From: an uncultured virus (IMG/VR IMGVR_UViG_3300035208_000846)
Taxonomy: Duplodnaviria; Heunggongvirae; Uroviricota; Caudoviricetes
IMG/VR virus record: IMGVR_UViG_3300035208_000846
Strand: one strand, 5' to 3'
DNA length: 20,000 bases
The notes under the pieces: model-generated
Seen by the model: only the letters and a program-made list of their open reading frames with translations
What the model was told of the DNA's origin: nothing
The model's database searches: none
Made by a program: the position numbers and the translations under genes
Shown: positions 13,937 through 20,000 of the stretch, piece after piece
How positions within the stretch are numbered: the stretch's first letter is position 1
How the letters are laid out: every line of letters begins with the position of its first letter

Positions 13937-16900
13937 CCTGATAGAACGCCTTCTTCAACCGTTCGAGTTGTCGGAGGCGTTCTATTTCTTTTTCCGCCGT
14001 CTCTTTCCGGCGGCCTTCCAGTTCATCCGGTGCGTACAGGATATCCATCGAGCGGATGCCAGGGGTCGATTCGGCGATCCTCTTCTGGGCGTTAAGTAAG
14101 TCGAGCATCTTGGAACGCTCGACATCGTAAGTCTTGAATCGCATCCCGGTTGTCTGGCCAAGCGCCTTTTCGAGGAGAGTTTCCTTCTGGCTGCCAACCC
14201 GCCTGATCTCTTGGATGAGTCGGCTGGCCGGGGTCATGCCCGCAACGGTCTGCGCCCACGCCGAACCCAATAGCGGTTCGGCCTCCTTGACCTCGCGGCC
14301 GAAGTACGGATCACGCCCGGTGGCAACCTTGTACGGGGCTGTGATTAGCGGGTGCGCCATCGCCAGGTTCTTTTCCAGAACACGCTGCACTGTCTTGGGA
14401 CCGAAGGCCATCAGTCGGTTCAAGTCTTCGATCGGCAGCCCGGATTGGGTCAGAAACGTCTGGTCGCCAGGCTCCTTCTGCCGCTTGCCGACCACCGCCC
14501 AGTCCGGCATTTCCGGGGACGGCATACTGATCCGCTCCCGAAGGAAGGACGGCTTGTACGCTTCCTCGTCACCGCCTGCAAATAGCCGAAAGGTCTGGGC
14601 TGTTCGGCCACCGGGACGTTCCAAGAGCTTCGACAACTGGAACGGTACGTTGAGGCGTGTAAAGCTCCAGAAGGGGACAACCCGTTTCATCACGTTCTTG
14701 TCGAAAGAACTTATGCGCGAGTAGTCGAATTGAGCCCTTCGCACCATATTTACGATCTCGGCGGGGCGGTAGCCTTTATCCCACAACGCCTTCGCATACC
14801 CTGCACGGTTCACCGCCTCGACCCACTCGAATGTGTGGCGGCCTACTTCGCTCGCCATGCTGAGGGGGGCTTTGCCGCCGGTCACTTCAGAGACACCGGG
14901 CACCCGGAAGGGATGGAGACTTTCCGTTACCGTTCTGAGTTTCGACGGCTGGCCGGCGATCCCCTTGGCTTGCATGGCTTCGGTCGCCCGGCGCGTCCAT
15001 GCCGGTCCTGATAGCAAGTCCAGCACACCACCTAGCAAACCCTTCTCCGGCAACTGTTGGCCGAGACTTTGGCCGACCAATTCCAGAATCCGTGTGTTCT
15101 TCAAGAGTTGGCTGGTTTCGAGGAAGTTCAGGAAGTCGGCATCGAGCGGGGCGGCGGCCGGCTTGGCAATGTATCGGGCAAGCTCGCGGTAGCCTTTCAT
15201 CAGTTCTGGAGCGTTCACCCAACCATCGGACCACGACTGCCAGAATCCGGACATTAAGTTGCGTGCATGGAAAGCTGGGAATGGGGTGGTCAATGCCCAC
15301 TTGTAGTACGTGTTGATCTTATCCCAAGTCTTGAGCAGTTCGTTCTGCGTCTTGGTGCTCGTCATGTCCCGGTAGGCGCGGAGCACCCGGGATGCCTTGG
15401 CCGAAATGCCGAGTTGCTTCGCAGCATCGAGCGGATCGCCAGTCGCCACACCCAATCGCTCCATCAAGTCGGGGTTGTTGCTGACGAACGTTCGCAACCC
15501 TTGCTGGTTGAACTTGTGGCCATACCAGGCCTTCTCTAGGGGGATTTCGTCAGCACCGCCTTGGCCGAGTTGGCTCAGGACATCTTTCTGTCCAAGGAAG
15601 TGGTGAATCTCCCGCATCGTGGCCAGATTGCCGATCGCTGATTCCACATAGTCGGACATATCCATCACGAGATCGTGAGCGAACAGGCCGGTGTCCCGCA
15701 TCTCCTTGGGGGCGCTGTGGAAGTAGTCGCGCAACTGCTTGACCTTCGGATCGTAGGAATGGACGACGCCGTTCTTGTCCGTCTTCTGGTATGGGTTGAA
15801 GAGTTCGGTGCGTGCCTGTGCCGCCTTGGCCTGAAGGTCTTTGAGTTCATCAGCACTCCCTTGGAACGTTGCGGGATCAAGATACTTCTGATCCCATGCG
15901 TTCATCGCCTCTTCCAACTGGTATCCAAGTAACTGCTCCTGGAGATCGCCAAGGCCATTCTTCTGCGGTAGAGCCCAACCCTTGGCTCCTAATGCCGCTT
16001 TCAGGTCGATGGCAAGCTGCTGCTTCTCCTGAGCGTTCAGGTGCTTTGTGCCAGTGAACAGGGGATTGCGGGCGATTCGGTTGATAAGGTCCGTACCGCC
16101 CGGCAGGTTGACCAGCATCTCCTGCCGCTGCTCGGAGAGATCATAATAAGTGCGAGCCTTGCGGCGGGGAAAATGCTTGGCGAGCGCTTCCCGCTTGGCG
16201 AGATCGGGAATGTGCAAGCCGAGAGCGTTCGTCTCTTCCCAGACCTTGTTCTTGAAGTATTGCAGACCGTCAAGATACTCGAAGACCTGTCCGGCCAGTT
16301 CGTCCGACATTTGCGCCGTGCCGGGGAGGTTTCGTTGCTGCACAAACTCATGGAAAGCGCCCTTTAACTGTTGGCCTTGGGGAATTCCGGGCAACTCCTC
16401 CACCGCCTTGCGGAGGAAGTCAGAAGCCGCGTTGGCGTCGCCCGCTCGGCCGGCAACGTTCGCGGCATCGTTCAGTACCTTTTCAAGGTCGATCCGCCGT
16501 GCTTCCAGTACCGGCCACAGGTTCATGAATTCACCGCCCAGCCGTTCCGCCTCGGCAAAGGCCATATCGGCAACCAACGCCGTGTCGCCTGCAACGTTAC
16601 CGCCGGCCGACTTAGCAAACATCGCACGCAGTCCTCGGACAGGCATACTGGTCCACTTTGAGATCGGACCTGTCCCGTAGGCTGTCTTGCGTACCGCCTT
16701 CGCCATCAGTTCATCGAGCATCCGGCCGCCGGGGAGATCGGCCAGCGTCAGGAACGGGTCGTTGCCGCTGAACGGATTGCGAAACCCGAAGGTCGAGCGG
16801 AGCCCCTTTTCCAACTGGTCGGCGAGCACGGCGGGGGATGTTACGCCCTGAAGTCCACCTACTGTTTCTGATACTCCGGCTGACTTTGTCGCTTCCTCTA

Positions 16901-18199
16901 CGTATTGCCTGTAACTCTTGATGCCAATTGTACGTGCTTTGCCGTGAAGTCGATTTACTTCAGGCAGTAGACTTTGATCGAACCATCCTTTGTGTATGTC
17001 ATCACTTTCGACAAATCTAGCAAGCCATTCTTCCGCCTCTTCGGGTGCAGCATCTTTCATCGCCTCTTTGACGATGTCGTTGAATTCCATTTTGGACAAT
17101 TCACCCAACTCAAACATATCCCTGGCTTCTTCGAGATTGATGTCAACTTGCTTTTTGAGCAGGTTTTGAATGTCATCTTTCAAACCAGACGCCAGAGGCT
17201 CTTTTTTGGAAATTGCCCGATGGAGCATTTCGTGAATGTCAGATTGTTCTCCTGTCGAGTAAATAATGTCTTTCGCAGCATCGTACAACGACTCGTTACC
17301 GCGCACGATGTTGTTGAGTTTTAACCATTCATCCTCGCTCATTACGGCAGACTTCCCAACCGTTCCTAATGGCTCTACCGCTCTCTTGGCGCGTGCCAAT
17401 GCCTCTGTCAGGTCTTCCGACTTGGACAGCCGCCGCGTCCCTCTGGCGGCCTTCATGAGGTCGCTACCTTTCTTCGTCACCGATCCCAAAGGTCCAGTCA
17501 TCCAGAACAGCGGATCGCTCAAGACTTCCGTGCCGAACCCCGCCACGTCNNNNNNNNNNNNNNNNNNNNNNNNNNNNNNNNNNNNNNNNNNNNNNNNNNN
17601 NNNNNNNNNNNNNNNNNNNNNNNNNNNNNNNNNNNNNNNNNNNNNNNNNTGGACAGCCGCCGCGTCCCTCTGGCGGCCTTCATGAGGTCGCTACCTTTCT
17701 TCGTCACCGATCCCAAAGGTCCAGTCATCCAGAACAGCGGATCGCTCAAGACTTCCGTGCCGAACCCCGCCACGTCCCAGGCAGCATCTTCCACTGAATT
17801 GAACAAGCCAGGTTTGTTCTTCGGTGCTACCCCAAGGTTCTCGAACAGGTCTCGGCCGCTGATCTTCTCCTCGGGGACTGTCCACCCAGCCGTGTCGGAG
17901 AACGGCAGGAGGTTCAGCAACCCGCCACCCCACTCCGGGCGCTGGCCCTGGGCGATGTCCGTCAGACCATGAACCGTCCCACGCACGGCAGCACCCGGCT
18001 TATCGAACATCCCGCCTACGTATTCGACCGCCGACATGAACCCGCCCAGCAGGTTCCGCTCCTCTTCGGGATCGAGAGGTTCGGGGACCGGCGCTAGCGG
18101 TTGTGCTCGCCGGCGCTGGGTCGGGAAGGCCGAGAGGCTGAGTGCGCCTAACTGCGGGGGCCGCAACGCTGGCAACTGGAGTGTCGGAAATCTAGTCAT
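13911..18199 (-). CDS. Large virion/ejection-type polyvalent protein, ~1353 aa once the false gap is collapsed
   Basis: ORFs 17519-18199 and 13911-17546 share the same peptide on either side of the N run; removing 227 bp gives 4062 bp in frame. It contains HEMLH and a C-terminal region (PAFHARNLMS...QFDYS...VVPFWSF) of the kind seen in phage internal proteins. Confidence 0.8.
17423..17776. other. Assembly artefact: 127-bp exact duplication around 100 N
   Basis: 17423-17549 is identical to 17650-17776. Confidence 0.92.
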
Positions 18200-18208
18200 G
18201 GCGTCCCC

Positions 18209-19831
18209 TTAGAGAGGCGGGCCGAACGGATGAATGCGCGTCCCGGCTGGAGTGGGCGGCAAGGTTCCGACAACGCTGCCGACTGGATTGTCCGTGCTGT
18301 ACCGCTCATTCCCGGTGAGATACCGCATGTATTCAGCGACTTCGGCGGGGCTTAGGTACTTGGCCATGATATTCTGGACCGTGCCGATGTCCTCCGTGGC
18401 AATCGCGTTTCGCAATGTCTCTTGGAATTCGGCAGGAATCCTTGGGTCGGCTAGCAAACGGTCTCCAGCCGACGTTTTAACTTTCTGCCGTTCCGCTTCG
18501 GCGTAGTCACCGCTGGAAATGGCCGCCGCTTCTCCCGGACTCATCTGCGGTTGGGTCACGGTCTGCTGCTGGGTTGGCATCCCGGGGAAGAGATTGCCAA
18601 TCGCCGCAATCGCTTCTGGCGTCACGCCCTGCATTCCGCCCACGGCAGAAGCCATCGCCGCTCGCTGCTCGGACAAGTCACGCCGCGCCAGTTCGTCTTG
18701 GACCATCTGGTCAACGCTCTTGCCGGGTGGCAGGCCGGTACGACGAGTGTACAGGGCGGCGGCACCTTCCTCTTTTTGCCGCTGCTTTCTCTCTTTCGCC
18801 TTACCAAGTCGTTCCCGGAGGATCGCCTGATCTTGCGAACTTCTGCCACCGAGAGGCAATCCCGTCACCGCATCACGGGCTCGGCCTGTTGCGTCAGTTA
18901 CCATCCGCAAGGCTTTTCCTTCGGGCGTGGAGAACAAGGGCAGTCTGCCACCGCCTGCTTCTCTTGCCTCTCGGAGTTGCCTGGACCGCTCTCCGCCGTA
19001 GTAGTCCAATGCCTCTGGCGTCCTTGCCGCGATGTCCGCCGCTCGCTCTTGCGGTAGTTGCGGGATCGGCGTCGTGAATCCCATCGGCGTGCGGGCGGGT
19101 TCTTCGGGCAGAGGCGGCAACGTTTCCACACCCCCGCTCATGTTGAGAAACACCGGCTCGCCGCGTGCCTTTCTCGCTTGATAGATGGCCTGATTGGCAC
19201 CGGCGATAGCCGCTTGGTTTTCCGGGCTCAAGTCTTGTGATGCCCCGGGCGCGTATGGATTCTCGGCGGCGGCTTGGATCTGCGCCTGATCGGCAGCCAG
19301 CCTGGCGTCCTGATCGGCCGTCTGTTCCCGCCACTTGGCAATTTGTGCAGCCTGTTCGGGCGACGGGAGCCCTTGTCGCGGGACGGAATACCCAAAAGTA
19401 GCCGGAGCATAAAGCGATTCCCCTGATCCCGTAAACCAGTCTGTCGTTGCCAAGTTCTTGGGCGCTTCTGGTCCTGCCGGCGGCAGCATCGAAGTTGTCG
19501 CAGGTGCCGGTTGCCCCTTCTCGGCAAACTGTTGAGCACGAACCGAAGTCATGTAATTGACATTCGCGTCAAGTGGCTGTGGCTGTGCTTGTGCAGGTGC
19601 ATCTTGTACCTGTTGCATTTGCCGCGCCAGTTTCGCTGCCGGCGTGCTGCCCCACGTCTTGAATCCCTGAACGTGTCGGGGAGACGGCACGCTCTGCGGC
19701 ACGCCCATCATGGCGCTGCCGAGCATCGCGCCAATGCCGCCCGGCAATACACCACCGGCCGCCATCGGAGGAACCCTGTTCGTAACGGGCAGCAAACCGC
19801 CGAGTCGATTCTGTTGCTTGATTTTCGCCAT
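18209..19831 (-). CDS. Ala/Gln/Pro-rich 540-aa protein, probable internal virion/DNA-ejection protein
   Basis: Long ORF with SD GAGGG; low-complexity composition; directly upstream of the large protein. Confidence 0.7.
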   Translation of the reverse strand: MAKIKQQNRLGGLLPVTNRVPPMAAGGVLPGGIGAMLGSAMMGVPQSVPSPRHVQGFKTWGSTPAAKLARQMQQVQDAPAQAQPQPLDANVNYMTSVRAQQFAEKGQPAPATTSMLPPAGPEAPKNLATTDWFTGSGESLYAPATFGYSVPRQGLPSPEQAAQIAKWREQTADQDARLAADQAQIQAAAENPYAPGASQDLSPENQAAIAGANQAIYQARKARGEPVFLNMSGGVETLPPLPEEPARTPMGFTTPIPQLPQERAADIAARTPEALDYYGGERSRQLREAREAGGGRLPLFSTPEGKALRMVTDATGRARDAVTGLPLGGRSSQDQAILRERLGKAKERKQRQKEEGAAALYTRRTGLPPGKSVDQMVQDELARRDLSEQRAAMASAVGGMQGVTPEAIAAIGNLFPGMPTQQQTVTQPQMSPGEAAAISSGDYAEAERQKVKTSAGDRLLADPRIPAEFQETLRNAIATEDIGTVQNIMAKYLSPAEVAEYMRYLTGNERYSTDNPVGSVVGTLPPTPAGTRIHPFGPPL

Positions 19832-19832
19832 C

Positions 19833-20000
19833 TCATTTCCCTCGCTTACGGGACCGGCGGATCGCGTGTCGGACCAGCCTCTCCGCTACCCACTTATTAT
19901 ACACAATGCCCAAGTTCCGCTTGGCCGCCTGAATCTTCAGGTGCTCAAGGATTTTGTCCATGTGCTGCTCGCAGCCGTCCGGTCCCCAGCGGTCCATCTT
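19833..20000 (-). CDS. 3' end of a hypothetical phage protein (partial)
   Basis: KMDRWGPDGCEQHMDKILEHLKIQAAKRNLGIVYNKWVAERLVRHAIRRSRKRGK then TGA, 1 nt before the next ATG. Confidence 0.7.
   Translation of the reverse strand, partial: KMDRWGPDGCEQHMDKILEHLKIQAAKRNLGIVYNKWVAERLVRHAIRRSRKRGK

Noticed and set aside
17423..17776. Apparent 127-bp direct repeat or two separate genes around the N run
   Set aside because: An exact 127-bp overlap around exactly 100 N is a typical scaffolding artefact, and collapsing it restores one reading frame.

Overview
The window is a segment of a temperate phage genome. The host is probably a Planctomycetota-type bacterium, inferred from gene style rather than proven. 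From left to right it holds: (i) a minus-strand cluster of small accessory genes ending in csrA and a ParB-like gene that runs off the window; (ii) a tyrosine integrase, an Xis-like HTH gene and the 3' half of a tRNA-Leu(GAG) that looks like attP; (iii) a few small plus-strand genes; (iv) a ~1.1 kb non-coding region with a sharp strand-composition flip and three related 29-bp IHF-like palindromes, a possible genome end or origin; (v) a near-consensus sigma70 promoter heading a plus-strand array of about 18 small early-type genes, including a truncated DnaX-like AAA+ protein, and ending in a serine recombinase; (vi) convergent large virion/ejection-type genes, one split by a false assembly gap. 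The most striking observation is a two-hairpin element repeated four times in the early array, each copy between a stop codon and the next Shine-Dalgarno. Its stems change in sequence but keep pairing, while its loops are conserved and complementary (NCCCGG / CCGGGA). This suggests a kissing-loop cis-regulatory RNA, possibly linked to the phage's own CsrA.
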